The position numbers were made by a program, and so were the translations under genes. This document shows, one piece after another, positions 1-13,708 of a stretch of 64,000 bases of DNA (position 1 is the stretch's first letter; the number at the start of each line of letters is the position of its first letter). The stretch lies in assembly GCA_965649825.1 (NCBI GenBank), contig OZ287705.1, positions 310,001-374,000 on the forward strand, written 5' to 3'. This stretch comes from Penicillus capitatus (Eukaryota; Plantae; Chlorophyta). Below the pieces are notes generated by a model. It searched no databases and was not told the DNA's origin. It saw nothing but the letters and a program-made list of their open reading frames with translations.

Positions 1-1257
1 AAGCGTGAAAGCTTTCCTTTGACACGTACACGGATGCTATCATTGTTTTGCCGTCATGCAGATGGAGAGAGAAAACAATGCCATGGTCGAAGATACCCAT
101 CTTTCGCAGCAGGGCTTAGAGTCGAAACGTCACGTCAGTAACATCGCACAGTCGTCAGCCGCTAAAGTACTGCACGCTCCCTTCGTCGTGACGCGAAAAG
201 ATAAAGCATTTCGATACCGAAAGTCGGATGGAAACCTCAAAAGTCTGCTGTCCACTAAGTCTGCTCTTTCGTCGGAAATTCCTATCAAGTCATCTGCCTC
301 TTTGCCAATGACCCTATGAACGACGCACGATAGCAAAAATCGATATGAGAGGGACGGTTCGACTCTCACGCATTGGGTGTTCCGCAGAGGCATCCTCGTA
401 CATCATGCATCCAGACGGAGCGCAGTTTCGTGTCGGCGAATGGCGGCTGGAGATCGGGGGATATACACACAGCGCCTGTCTTTGTTCGTGCACTCCATTT
501 AAGCCCATCGGATACGACAAAGATCCACTCGTGTGGAGGCGATTGTCCGAGTCGCGGTCGATACAGAGAATATGAGCAGAATAGTGAAGTGCCTTCTGCA
601 GCGTGGCGCAGCGAGACAAGTATTCCGACGCCGCCACCTCCTGCTACATCCATCATGTCTAGGCATCGTACGAACTGACAGTAAACGTCCTGTACGATAT
701 AACGTATAGACAAGGAGCCTGCAACCGACAAGTCACACGGACTGCATGGACGTGACGGCCAACGTTCAAGTCACGTCGACGGTCCGTCCACCACACGTCT
801 GACAAACTTCGCAATGTCGATGAATAACACACGCGCTCCGTCGAGATATCGAAAAGATCCCTGAATGCTTCAAAATCGTGAACCGATCGATCGATCGCCT
901 CAATCGCGAACCGATTCGGCGACGGTGCTGTCTCCGCAATGCCGAGGACGCAGCGATGCATTGTGGCGTCACCAGACGGACAGCAGTGCTGTGCACCTCT
1001 GAGCGCATCCATTCCTGTTTTGTAACTGCTGCCTGCTGGATAACGTCATCCTCGGTTCAGTCGCGTACAGACGCACGTTTCTTCATGCTCCCTCCCATGC
1101 CGACGTTGAGCACATCAGATCCCCTTGCCTGAAGATAGTCAGCGCACTGTGTGCACGTGCCTTTCGTCATCGGTAAAGACAAGCAGCACCAGAACACGTG
1201 TCCACACTTCGTATGACGAAAGAACGCGCGTGTGGACGTCGCTTCTTCGATGGGTTC

Positions 1258-1607
1258 CTGTCGCCAAGATTCGTCATGTCGATGCGACTGCCTTGTTCTG
1301 TGTGGGTCACCTGGTGGGAAGGACGCTTATTGTCACATCAGGAGGGCTTCTTTTTTGTAAAAGGGTCCTTTCTTCTGGCTCTGCGTACAGGTTGACTCAT
1401 ATGCTTAGAAAGTCACCTCACCGCGCGCATACATAATGAACATTCTAAACCATTCAGACACCTTGCTCTGAGCACTTGTCGAGACTTCCGCCGTTTTACG
1501 TTTTGCGTCCGACCCGACTGACGACAGTGTGACAACAAGCGTCCTTTCCACCAGGTGACCCACACAGAACAAGGCAGTACAAATGCCATGACAAATCTTG
1601 GCGACAG
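1258..1607. repeat. 80-bp imperfect inverted repeat (arms 1258-1337 and 1528-1607) with a ~190-bp spacer
   Basis: The arm ctgtcgccaagattcgtcatg...cgcttattgtcaca recurs as its reverse complement. The ORF track gives near-identical peptides (LSPRFVM..LPCSVWVTWW.GRLLSH) on opposite strands. Confidence 0.9.
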
Positions 1608-2154
1608 TTCCATCGACAGGACGCATCGACCGTTTGATTCGTTCCAGACCCTTTACCCGTAAGCTGCCTCTTCGAATCAAGCGTTTTTCCGTACAGCCGA
1701 ACGAAACGTTGTGCTCACGGCACACCGCTTATTGTCTTGTTTTTTGTTTGAGCCCTGCAATCCGCTTCAAATTCTTTTACGCGCCGTCCATATCTGCACC
1801 ACGTCACCGTGCCGTCTTCGTTCACTTTTTCGTCAAAGCTGCTGAACCCATTTTGCCGCCGCCGTTTGACTGGCAACGCCTCGTTTCTGATAGACAAACC
1901 ATTCGATTTCGAAGAGGGCAATGGATTTTGGCATGATACATTGTGGAACTTTGTCTCTTGAGGAAGGGAGTCTCACGAGAGACTCAGCGACCAGAGAGCC
2001 GATGGACTGTCATCCTATGGAAGGGGATTCGTGGTACGTCCATCGACAGCCACGTCGTGAATTCTCAGAAGCTACGAACTACGTCAGCGCCAGCTGGCAC
2101 TTCAGTATGACATCGCTTAGGCCAAAACGGCGAGTCGTGTGTGTTCTCTAGCTG

Positions 2155-4207
2155 ATGCGGGAGCTTCTCAGACGGCGGCAGAGACGTCGCAAAACACAGA
2201 GATCGGTATCGATCGTGAACAAGTGCCCGCCAGCCCATCGTGGATTCCGCTCTCGATATGTGAATGGCATGCGTATGCAGAATGATGAAGGGGACGGAAG
2301 GGCCTTGAGCAATGGCGCTGTCGTTAGCCATCCGCCACCACTCCGGCGAGCGATATCCTCGAGCGAAGTCATGCCAAGTCCCTTTCGCACAGCGGCAGGA
2401 ATACAAGCCAATCAGATCTTCGCAAAGAGGTCCGTCCACTTGCCCGCCGTTCGCATCCATCTCATAAGCGATGCACCGCGCTGTCGCGACAGGTACCAGA
2501 TTGAGCAGAGTCCTTTTCCAGAAGAGAAACCGAATGCCAGATTCGCGATCGATATGTCGACAGAGAAGCGCGTCTTTCTCAAATTCTGCCCAGACTCCCT
2601 AACCGAATTCGAAAACGCCATCCGAATGCATCGCATTCTGAATGAGAGTCCACATGTCTGCAAGTTGGGCCGACCCTTTCCAAGAGAACATCGCCAGGCG
2701 GTGCCGCAGGTTGTTGGCCAGTGTCAAGGAACGTGGCTTCCCGCCATGCCTCGTATACGAGAGAGGCGATTACACCCTTGCCGAGCGACTCGTCAAAGAT
2801 CCGCCGTCTATGATCCGCCGACAGGCCGTTCTTCATTCGGTACGCCGTACGGAGCTCTCGTCAGGGGGCAAGCATCTTTCGTTCTGTAGACTCTCGAGGC
2901 GTTAGAGAACATCCATAGGCACGATGTGACGCACGGGCGCTTGGAGCCGGAGAAGATTATGTGGTTTGCGGCTGACTCGTCCTGGAAGCTCATCGATCTG
3001 ACATGCGCCGCCAGTGTCGATGATTGGACATTGGTCAGTGATGTGACAGGTAAGTATGCGGCACCGGAAGTGCAATTCGCTCATCAACACGGACGTCAAC
3101 GCATTCTCATGGAACCGGCGGTCGACATGTGGTCGTTCGGCGTCATCGCGCTCGAAACACTAACAGGTCTGCCTTTCGCGATCGGCAGGGTGAAAAGCGA
3201 TCGGTGTGGATCAGGGAGGACGTTTGTCGATGGGGAGAGCGTGCGGAAAAGCGTCGCCGACTTCGTCTGGGCTTCGGATTCAGATGCTGCCGAGTACGAG
3301 CACAGATGGCTCTATGCCGATCCCGGCGGGCGACGTTCTGGCAGCGATGAGCAGCGGTACCGTCGCTTTTTGCGCAAGCTGCTCTGCAAGAACACGAAGG
3401 ATAGAGTCACGGCATCCGATGCACTCGGAGACATTCTGTTCCGCAACGTCGAAGTCGAGTTGCAACGCAGCCACGCCTTAGTCCAGGTGCGTCTTCGTCT
3501 CACTCTTATCTAACTCTTTTGATCACGCTTCCTTGCAGAGCTCACACAATGCACTTCAGACGGATCCTTTTCTCAGGTCAGTGATCGGCTCTCAGCTGCG
3601 GGTCGAGACGAAGGTGGAAGTCTTCCCCTGCACAAATCCGTCCAACGTGTCCTTCTACTCGAGAGAAGGCGACCATGCCTACACAGATGACGACGAAGAA
3701 CTGGAGGACAGGACGATTTACGTGCTGCGATACGGAGAGCGCTTTCGTTTGCGTCTGACGATCTCCTATGCCGAAGGCTGTCAGCTTCCGATCGAGGAAA
3801 TCGAATCCATCGTCCTGAAAACGCGCAAGGGCACGATCGTTGATCTACCGTATCGAATCGAGAACAGTAGGGACAGTATGAAGCTTGAAGTCGCTGTCAA
3901 AGTGGATCCGACGATCAGCAACTTGAAAGAGCACTTTGCGATCTGTCCGCTTTGCGGAACAGTCAATGAACGCTACCGAAAGGCGACGGTGCAGCTGAGG
4001 TTTCCTGTGGGAGACGATCCCGATTCGGCGCTGGTCAAGAACTGCGAGATCTATTTTCTGATCGTCCGATCTGGCAGAAAACTGCGCCGTTATCGAATGG
4101 CGCGATCGATGCGACAGCGATGGTCACGGCTGCCGAAACCCGCCAAACAGGCGATCCGTATGATCTATCACGGCGTCTCCAAGGCGGTCGAGTGCGTTCT
4201 GCCATAA
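2155..4207 (+). CDS. Multi-exon protein kinase-like protein (predicted pseudokinase K1) with a C-terminal uncharacterised beta-rich domain
   Basis: Kinase subdomains are spread over ORFs 2155-2889, 2642-2905, 2926-3513 and 3533-4207: RVFLKF, PPCLVYERG, HGRLEPEKIMWF, LIDL, YAAPE, DMWSFGVI, RVTASDAL. Short GT-AG introns join them (e.g. ~2664-2709, ~3487-3538). The start is approximate. Confidence 0.85.
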
Positions 4208-5807
4208 AGTACAAACATAGAGAGGCGGCGTACAATGAACGCGTGCCTGGGTGATCGTCTTTGTTCTGTGTCTTGGTAGCTCATCAAAATGGCAAATGAA
4301 GAAGAGGCAGGCGGCAAACGAATTTTCTTTTATCTGCACGACGGTGTTCTTCCACACCTTTCGCTCACCACCGTCTTAAATGTCACACATTTGATTCGCT
4401 TCAGCATCCTGTCTGAGGAATAGAGCAAGTCAATATCTGTCATATCTCGAACACCAATGGTCAACTCTTTGCTACTCCTTGTGAAGAAGACGTATTCTTT
4501 GCCGCTACATCCACTGGAAGGCCAACGAAGTCACTGGGACGAAGCGAAAACGCTTTAAGTTGTCCTGTTGCTGTGTTATGATGCCGACTGAATGTAACGG
4601 TGCTGTCGTAAAACGCTTGTTCGTCGACGACTGTTGCCGTTGCAAGCTTCTTTCCTTTACACCATTCGCTTCTTAACAACGCGCGTCATCGCCATCGCAC
4701 TCTCTCAATGAGAGCGCCGTTGAGGACCAAGGGCTTCGACGTCTGTCTTCTGCATCAGATGACGGTCACTCTTCGAATCTGATCTCGGCCTCTCTGAGCA
4801 TGATGTCCCGATGATGTGACACTTCAAAAGACAAGTATGTGAAGAACCGCCGCCACCAGCGCGAAAATCCTTCGTCCAGCGGCAATGCGTGACACGCGCG
4901 TCGTTGTCGGCACCCCTTCCATCAGCGTCTGTCGTTCAAGTCGCCTGGCGGCTTCTGCGTACTCCGAGTCACCAGCAAGCGGCAGTTTGGGTCTCCTCCT
5001 GCATACTGGCGCTCTGTCGTCTTGACGTCTTATCGGCATCCACCGACTTCCCGCACGTGCGGCGTCGTTCCCTTAGTAAAGCGGATGACGCGATGCGCCG
5101 TGCAGGCGGCGATAACGTTACGATGCGTCCACTGTCGGGAGCCGCGTCTATCTTCATCGCGCCTTGCTTCGAACTTCGCGTGCGCTTTCGCCGTGTCTTC
5201 TCAGTTTTGCGGGGCCAGACGAACGACGATGACTCTCGGGAACTATGGATATCTATCTATCCCTTTCTGCAGATCCAGGCTCTCCATCTCATCCAAAATA
5301 TCACTCTTTCTAATAAAAGCAACCACTGGCCTTACATAATGTGAAGGAATCATCTAGACTTAGTTCAGACAGATAGGTTCTGCGCAGCGAGAGTGACACC
5401 TGTCGACTCTTCGACTGCGCAAATCCATAAGAATCCGTACAAACCTCGTCCAGATCTTATGGTCATAGCAAAACGGATCCATAAATGCAACTGGTAACCT
5501 TATCGACTGTGTCGACCCAAGCGGATATCGACGGCGCAAAAGATGGACAGACAAAACAGAGCTCCCATCACGGGAAAGGAACTGTTCTGAAAACCACCAG
5601 ATTTGCCGTTCGACTGCGATGCCTGAAATCGCATTCGGCCTGAAACGAAAGTATGACAGATGTGAAATGACCACTATCGATATTTCTTTCCGAATGATGT
5701 CTGATCTCTGTGCGTGTGGCTAAGTCGATACAGTCCCCATAAGAGTCTCCTATTAGCGAAAATGTATTAGCCAGTGAGAAATCGACCACAGAACTGAATT
5801 GCGTCAT

Positions 5808-6338
5808 TCAGGCGTTGATATCATGCTCGTCCTGGTTCTCAAACATTCGCACAAAACGGTGAAAACGCAAACGGCTTCGAGGATGAATAATTTTGCAGTA
5901 AAGGGGTTGATAAAGATCCACCTCACGACGAAAGGGGGCACTCAAAACAAGGCGGATACGTATGGTGAGGTTGACGTATTTTACATCCACCAGTCCGAAG
6001 TAGGGAGAAATGACGTTCAATCGCGTCGATTTGAATGAGGAGGGTCTCAACAAGGCCAGGATCTCTGTGACTCCATTTTGGCTGGTCTGTTTCATCTCGA
6101 TTTCGACGAAGTCTTCGTCTGGTGGTTTGACGCTGCAGCTGACGACTCTATCGATGACGAATGGAGATGCTCTGTTGAGAGTGACGCGAAAACGAAGGCG
6201 GTTCTCCTGTCCTAAGCGGAAGATGTAGACTGGGTGCTCTTTCAAGAAGTCGTCAAAAAAGCGCAGGACTTCTTGTGTGACTTTGAGATGAAATGCTTTC
6301 GAATGGTTGTTCGATTTCAGGAAGCACTCGACGTGCAT
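5808..6338 (-). CDS. 3' exon encoding the recurrent uncharacterised domain; no kinase visible upstream
   Basis: Motifs PVYIFRLG..RLR, SVKPP, RLNVISPYFGLVDVKYV and LYCKI match the kinase C-terminal domains. The 5' exons were not resolved. Confidence 0.75.
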   Translation of the reverse strand: MHVECFLKSNNHSKAFHLKVTQEVLRFFDDFLKEHPVYIFRLGQENRLRFRVTLNRASPFVIDRVVSCSVKPPDEDFVEIEMKQTSQNGVTEILALLRPSSFKSTRLNVISPYFGLVDVKYVNLTIRIRLVLSAPFRREVDLYQPLYCKIIHPRSRLRFHRFVRMFENQDEHDINA

Positions 6339-8727
6339 CTCCAGTGAAATGTCGTTGTCGAGAACCAGCCGCCAGGACCACTCCTCGGGAAAAACGTTAT
6401 TGGCGGAAGGTGGCTGGCGATTAAGTAACTGCCGCGCAGATAACGGGTTAGAGGCGGGTTAATGCGGCGCGCCGACGTACATTCTGTGGCGCGTGTGGTT
6501 TCTTCGAAGAATTGGGTGTGGGCGGAAGAAGGCGTTCCTGACTGCCGGCCTTTTTCTTCTCTGCGACGGTTTGATGTATGCACCTTTCCACGGAGATGTC
6601 CATCGAGTGCTGTTTTTGTTTCGCAGCGAGAAACAGCCAGGCGGAATATGCGAAGCGAATCTGACGAAAAGAGATGGATATTAGGGGGCGCCCTTTTTCA
6701 AGCGAGTTCTCATGCAAACGTCACATCTCCGCCAGCGACAACCTCCGGCGCGAGGTCTTTGAGACGGGAGACGAATAATGTGTCCGTTCTGTCTTCTAAA
6801 AGTCACCCGGGGAGACCGTTTTCTGTGAGCAGGGATGTATGCCCGTGTCTGGATTTCTAAGCCTCTGCGTTTCTTCCTTCAGCGATGCGCCACCATTACG
6901 CCGCTGTCTGCTGCAAGCCTTGCTCGCGGAGGTGAATGCGTCCGCATCGCCTCTTCACTTGTCGTAGAGACTCTCTCCGGGGACGGGTGGCTTTAAATGA
7001 TACACAGTGGATTGGATCGTCTGTACGGAACGGCTACATCACACGACAGGAACTGACTGTACGATTCCGTAATGCGTTCACGATACTCGTTTTTAACTGG
7101 GTTCATACACCAAACATGGCTTGGCGGTATCCAAGAGGCCTAAGGTCCGACTCTTCAGAAGAGCGAATCTAGATACCATGCCGAGTGAAGCACACCAGAC
7201 CGTCGCCGGCCGCAGTTGCTGCTTTACAGGCAACGCAATACGCTCGCACGAATCTCGTTTAGAGGATTAGGAAGCAAGCACGCAATGTGGCCTTCGTCGT
7301 TTGTTTCTCCGCCGGAAGCAGGCCGGCACACAGTTCATGAATAGACAAGTGATCAGATTCTCTAGCTTTGCGGCGGCGGAATCGAAGAGGCGGCGCATAC
7401 GTGTGGTTGGATTGCGCTTCTATGCCTTTCCGCTGACTATTGAGCCCGTCGCATCTGCCAACGGGCGCCAGACAGAAGTTGTACGAGCTCTCCACGTTGT
7501 CAACCTCAATCTTCATCTATCTCTTAAGTGGCGTTCACCGTTTGCATCTCGTGTGCGGCAATGTAGATGAATGGATGCATTGATTATCGAAATCAAGTGT
7601 TTTCGAGACAGGCACGACGCTTTTCGTTCGTATAACGCCACGTGTCTATCATCCCTTTCGCAGGCCTGTCCGCAGCTCCTTTTCCATCGAACGCGTGACA
7701 GTCAGCTGTCACGTCACCGCCAAAAACTTTCTACTATCGCCTCAAATTTTTTCAGGCTATACTAACGCGACACGTGCCATTCACTGCCAACAGAATTGCT
7801 GTGCATAGAACGAGGCCTTAATCATCGGATCTGATTTCTTAGAATGCTTTTCGGCGGTAACACACTTTGCCTGCCTCTTTACACTCGGCTAGTCTATCTG
7901 CGCAGTCTATCGATGAAGGTCCATCGTCGATGACTGGCGATTGACCGGTTTGGTAGAGATCTGCACAAGCATCACGTGGCATCTGAGATCCGGGCGCCTC
8001 AAGGATGCAAGGTGTCTCGAAAGAGGGAGGCAGCAGCACTCGTCCTCCTCCATGTCTGTCATCTGGCTCGTCGTGAACGACGTAAGGGCAACGTTCGATT
8101 CCAGATGGTTTGAGAAGACAAGCCTACCCCGTCAGTGCCACTCAATTGTCCCCTGCGTAGCAAGTGGACCCTGTCCGGCAACTGTTCCAGGATGAACGAT
8201 CATCGGCACCAGCGGTCACATCATCAAATCTCTAGCCAAAACGACGGAATATACGTCTGCTGAATGCTTCCTCGTGAAGTCTGTGTTCTTCGCGCACGCC
8301 GCCCGAAGCAGTTTCATCCGGTCGGGAGGAAAGAAACCACAGCGCTTTTCAATTTCGCGGCTGCGACAGGACGCCGATGACGGAGTCACGTAAACGAGGC
8401 GCCGCAGCTTCGTTCTTGACCTTCACAGTGAAGGTCCTTTTGATTCAGTAGTGTAAAAAGCGGGTGCGTGCCACGCAGCAGCTAGCTATGCGCTGTCCTT
8501 CTTCAAACGCCTTTTTTGATTGGTCCAGCGTTCGCCGCGTCGCAGAACTGCGCAACGATGCTTCACTGTCATACAATACAAATTCACCCTCCTATCGTCA
8601 CTTTGTTCTCCACACAACTATAAAAGCAACAAGCTTTAGGGTTTTCTCACCGAAGTCCTTCTTACCGCCGTTGTTTCAGTCTTCTGTCCTGTTCTTAGTG
8701 TCTGTTCTGTCCACTCAACTGAACGCC

Positions 8728-9639
8728 ATGCCGGCGATCGCCGACGCCACGAGTGAGCACGTCACATCTGAAGACTCGCCCCTCGTCAACGTGTCTGTCT
8801 TCGTAGGCGGCGCCCCTGACATAAGCGACGAGTTCGCCGCTTTAGACGTTCCGTCCTTACTCAGCCAAGAGCAAGCGCACGGCGCCGGCTCTTTATCAAG
8901 TCACGATGCGGATACCTCCCGATGCCTTCGCCGCTGCCCGCGTCCCGTCCCGTCGACGCCGATTTTCCAGACATCCAGTCCAAGACCGCCACCGTCAGCG
9001 CCGCGTCAGCGGATAGACAGTCGTATCGCATGCCGCTCTCCATACCACAGTGAATTTCTCAGCGAACTTGAGGAGACGTTCACAGACGGAGACAACACAC
9101 GTGGCAGCGACAGCATCGACGTCGCTGCGGGCCTGCCATACGACGTCAGCGTCAAGTCTTTGCACCCACGTCCAGATGGCGCACCGACTGAAGAATGCGC
9201 CACGTCTTGTGAGCTCTGCTCGGAGCTCGCTATCGACGAACTCGCGAAGGACGCTGCCGAAGCTCCATTTCCATCTGTGGATGTTTTTGATGACCGCTTA
9301 ATCATCACCAAAGTACACCGCACCGCCAGCGGGCGATGGCTCGGCGGAGTCGTATCTGTGATGACGTTTGCTGACGTGGTACGGGAAGCGAGACGCAGTG
9401 AAAACGCGGCGCCGCCACGCCGAGTCTTTCCATCCTTTCGTACCGGCTGTCAACCGAGCGCATCCAGACGTTATGGCACGGAGATCGATCCGATCGACAA
9501 CGGGCGTCGATATACATGTCCTTGCCTTTTGTGCCTGCATAAGCGCCTTCCGCAGTCCGTTCGAATAACGCTGCGCTGTATGCTTCGTGGATTCCGGCAG
9601 AACATGTCGCCCGTCTGGAGATCTGGCAAAAATGCTTGA
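8728..9639 (+). CDS. Hypothetical protein with an acidic, low-complexity N-terminus; probably spliced
   Basis: Long ORF (8464-9639) with a plausible ATG at 8728 after an AT-richer upstream stretch. No family recognised. Confidence 0.4.
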   Translation: MPAIADATSEHVTSEDSPLVNVSVFVGGAPDISDEFAALDVPSLLSQEQAHGAGSLSSHDADTSRCLRRCPRPVPSTPIFQTSSPRPPPSAPRQRIDSRIACRSPYHSEFLSELEETFTDGDNTRGSDSIDVAAGLPYDVSVKSLHPRPDGAPTEECATSCELCSELAIDELAKDAAEAPFPSVDVFDDRLIITKVHRTASGRWLGGVVSVMTFADVVREARRSENAAPPRRVFPSFRTGCQPSASRRYGTEIDPIDNGRRYTCPCLLCLHKRLPQSVRITLRCMLRGFRQNMSPVWRSGKNA

Positions 9640-10388
9640 GACGACACCGAGAACGCCGCTTGTGGAAATCGCCAAGCGGCACCAAGATACACCTGTTTAA
9701 TAAAGAACTCATGAACAAGGACAGTCATGAACAAACAAACATGAGAGATGGACGTGGAACGTGTGATCGATCGCACAGAGAAGTGGTCCGTAGGATCGAA
9801 TGATGATGATATAAACAGCTGCTTTAATATTGTTGACTTTGTAATGCTTAAGGCTGTGTACTTTGTTGTTTTCTCATTTTTGCCGTTCTCCGCTCTGCTG
9901 CGGCGCAGTTTCTTTCGCCAATGGGATATACCATTGACATGACGCACAGCTGTCCGAGCTGTACTGCCCGTTTCCCGACTTCCAACCGCGTGCATGGTTT
10001 GTTCTTTAAAAGAGGCATCAGCAGGTCTCGTCTCCACCTCCAGACGGTGAACAGTCAGCCAGTCGACGCATCTCGATGCCGTTGTGCACCCATCGTCGCG
10101 GTAGGGAGAGCAGCCAGCATATTCTCGAAAGCATCATATCGGTTGAGCATCGGTGATGCGCTGTGTACCGTGTCCGTAGGAGATTTGCCAGCAGACAACA
10201 GGCAGCACGCCTCAGCGGCCGAGGAGAAACGACTGTCGCCTTTTGCGCGGCTTCGCAGCGGTCTTCGTCGCCGATGTCTCCAGCCGCCATCCATCGGCGG
10301 GTCGAGAAACTCGCGCATGGAGTTGCTCCGAACGGCGGGACGTGGACCGGCGTCGTCAGACGTGGTTCATATACAGAGTCGCCGTCGA

Positions 10389-12573
10389 ATGGCGGCGCCG
10401 GTGACGCCGCCGCCTATGTCGCGAAATGCTGAGCAGGACACGGGTGAAGGGGAATCGATGAATGAAGATCCGAGTGGTGATAACGCAGAGATGCAGTCTT
10501 TCGGTAAGGCAGTCGCTTTCGGTGGCGGCCAGCAAGACGGAGCGTTCTACGTGCAGGACGCGCCGCGCCGCGTCGCATGGACACGCGCACGACAACGGCG
10601 TCGTCGGAGCCGAGTAGCTCAGCTGCCCAACCACAGTGCCCGACAGACGCGTGGCACAACGCGTCGTCATCCAGCCGCTCTGGCCGCCTCGTGGCGGACG
10701 GACGTTCGTCAAGCGATCTGCCTGACTCTGACAGAGACAACGGCCTCATGGATCCGGGAATGAAGCTGGACGAGCTTGAGGGTGGATGTCTGTTCGCTGG
10801 AAGGTGCGGCCAGTCGCTGTCTGTCTTCTGTTCAGTGCAGCCGTCGTTGGAGCAGGTACCGGATCCAACCGGAAGCAGTTTATGATAGTCCACACTGCCG
10901 GTATGCAGTGGAGCGGTCGACTGGGCGAGAAGTTTTCCTGAAGTTCTTCCCTGGAAGTCCACATGAATTCGAAAACGCGACGAAAGCGCACAGAGCATTG
11001 CAGAACGGCCCCAAATGCATTTGCAGGTGACGACAGGCCTCTTCTTCTGATGGGAGTCCGTCCACTCATTGGCGTCGCTTGTGCAGGATGCTGGACAACA
11101 TGGAGAGCATTCACGGCTTCCCTCCGTGTCTGGTGCTGGAAAGAGGCCGTTACACACTAGCCGACAGGATGTCCCACCGTCAGCTGAGTCCTATCGAGCA
11201 GAAAGCGATTCTGTACTCGGTACGTCGCGTTTGTCGATCGACGTGTGATGACGTCTGCGTCTGTGTGCTCAGGTGCTGGAAGCGCTCGAGTACAGTCACG
11301 GTCAGGGAATCGTCCACGGCAGCCTGGATCCGACGCACATCATGTGGTTTGCCGCCGACTTCTCGTGGAAACTCGTCAACCTGTCGAGCGCGCTGCCCAC
11401 CGGAGAGTCCACTGTCCAGCCGAACGTATGCAGATACACGTGTCCGGACACAACTCAGTCACTCAAGAAAGGACACGGGAGCGTCTGTGCGAAGCCTTCG
11501 ATGGACATGTGGTCCTTCGGCCTCCTCGCCTTCGAGGTCCTGACCAGTAAGCCGCACTCTGGACGATCTCCCTCGCCACCGACTGCGCCTCCTATTCCAG
11601 GTTCCCACGTCATCGATGCGGCCGGCATTCCAGATTTGATCGAGAGGCAGTTGGAACAGAAGCCAGCCTCTGCCGAAAGAACCGTCAAGAGGTGGCTGTC
11701 GGCCAACCGCAGAGGACGCATCGAAGACGACCTCGACCAGCAGAGCCTGCGCTTCGTCCGATCGCTGCTGCAGAGAGATCCGGAGAAGAGGAGAACGGCG
11801 ACGGAGGCTCTGGAGGACGTCCTCTTCCGATCGGTGACAGACGTGTACCAAAGAGCCGACGCCATGGAGGAGGTAGGTGCTGCTCCTGTCGTCAGATGAC
11901 GTCCGACTGTCGCTCTTCCTAGTTGCCGTCCGAACATCAGCCGCCGAATCTGGATCTGCAGCGGAGCACCTTGTCGACGCTTCACGCCGTGCACTGCCAT
12001 CTGAAGCGCCAACTGGACATCCAGCAGTTCGCCGACGACTGCGATCCCTCGCTCCCGTTCTACGGTAGGAAGACCGAAGAGCCTCTTTCCTTCTTCGACG
12101 ACCGCCTTCCGCACGATCCGGTCTACATACTGAGACTCGCCGAGAGTCTCCGCCTTCGGATGCGCCTATCGTACGACCCGCAGCTGCGCCTTCCCGTCGA
12201 AGGCATCGCATCGGTCACCGTAAAGGTGCCGGATGCCGAAGAGCAGTTGCTGGACTTCGTTCAGCGAATCGAGAAGGGATCCGTCACCGCTCTGATCTCC
12301 TTCGATCCAAAACGCATCCTCTCTCCGACACTGAACTCCATCTCGCCCTTTTTTGGCCCAACAGATAGAGCATACGTCAAGATCAGCGTCCGCACAAAGG
12401 TGCAGTTCGCTGGTAATTTTCCGCACGAACTTGAACTCAGTGATCGTCTTTACTGCAAAGTGGTGCACCGCCATACCCCAATGAAGTGGCACAGTTGCCT
12501 AGGAATCTTCGCGAGAAATGAGGGGAGACTCCGCAAACAGAGCGGAGGAAATGAACTGTCTGAGGATCGTTGA
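10389..12573 (+). CDS. Multi-exon predicted pseudokinase K2 with the recurrent C-terminal domain
   Basis: Motifs EVFLKF, PPCLVLERG, HGSLDPTHIMWF, LVNL, YTCPD, DMWSFGLLAFEVLT and RRTATEAL. Intron positions match K1 and K4. The domain lies in ORF 11923-12573. The start is approximate. Confidence 0.85.
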
Positions 12574-12971
12574 GGCCCGTCTCCTCAGGCAATGTCGTTC
12601 CATTCTTTGTTGTCGTCGCGTGCGAGATCTATGCTCACACGCCATTTATCCTCCACAGCAATAACACACTCCTATACTATCTTCAATCAATCTTGACGCG
12701 TCGCAAGCAGCTGCTTTGCAGCGACCAACACAATCAATGGTGTAATCGATCATCGAGTGAAATAGAAGACGTTTCTGTCTAGCACCGCTCGCGATCTTTA
12801 TGGCTAAACACAACAATGGCCGCTTTCTTGACATTGAGGAAACGTTCATCAAATCTCAGAGCCGCCGCCGCCAGAAAAAGGAGGCGGCGGTTCTTCAAGT
12901 AAATAATAGTACATTGAATGCAGACTAGAGTGTACAAAACGCGAATCGTTCCATATGGATCGTGATTCTGC

Positions 12972-12976
12972 GTTTC
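12972..12976 (+). other. Left target-site duplication GTTTC of the TRIM+Gypsy composite
   Basis: gtttc directly precedes tgtgaa at 12977, and the same gtttc follows ttcaca at 22416-22420. Confidence 0.9.
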
Positions 12977-13265
12977 TGTGAACGTCGACCCGAGGGCCGA
13001 GTCCGGACCGGATGGCGAGCCGCGCAGGGAAACTCTGTCGGCAATGGCTATTTACATAGCTAGACAGATACAGCACGGCAGCTCCGTTTAAATACCCCGG
13101 ATTAGGAGGGTCACATCATTACGTAAGGCATATCGTCACACCTCTGTCACACGTCTCGTCCTGCGCTCCAATGATGTTCTGCTGGCGTGGCGCCACAGGG
13201 ACGGTTGGCGCGCCAGCAGCGACTCCTCGACAGATGACTCGAGGCAGAACCAGTGACCCTTCACA
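12977..13265 (-). repeat. TRIM 3' LTR (289 bp)
   Basis: Direct repeat of 13709-13997 with TG..CA ends. Confidence 0.95.
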
Positions 13266-13283
13266 TGGGCGCACCCGCATTCC
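13266..13283 (-). other. TRIM motif at the plus-strand priming (PPT) position: GGAATGCGGGTGCGCCCA
   Basis: These 18 nt are identical to 14626-14643 of the Gypsy and abut the 3' LTR. Confidence 0.75.
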
Positions 13284-13695
13284 TGCTGATGCACACTCCG
13301 AGGCACTCTCGCTTCACCACCCTGCTGCTTCCCCTTGCAGCTCTGACACTGACAGGATGAGCGGCGGCGGACAGCACAGGAGAAAACGCAGCGGAAGTCT
13401 TTGTCTCTCGCTGTCCCGAAGCACAGTCTTCAATCTTCACGCACGGTCTTCGGTCTTCACGTCTCCCGAGGCGGTCAGCGAGTCAGACCTGCCCCCGACG
13501 CGGGGCAGCGCTCAGCGCCAGTCCCTCGGTTACGCACCACTCTGGGTCTCCGCTCAGACCCTGCGCTCGAACCCGCTCAAGCGCAGCGGAAGTCTTGAAA
13601 TGCGGGCAGCGCGGCAGCGGATTCTTGGTGGACGGCGCAGAGGATGAAAACGAAAACGGCGCAGTGAGTCGGTGAAAGCCGCACTCACGTAGGCT

Positions 13696-13708
13696 CGCTC
13701 CGAAACCA
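13696..13708 (-). other. TRIM primer-binding site TGGTTTCGGAGCG
   Basis: Abuts the 5' LTR, starts with TGG, and is identical over 13 nt to the Gypsy PBS. Confidence 0.85.

Noticed and set aside
6900-8400. Short ORFs here and in 1-1200, 25300-26700, 39200-41400 and 48300-50000
   Set aside because: No recognisable motifs or supportable exon chains, so they were left unannotated.
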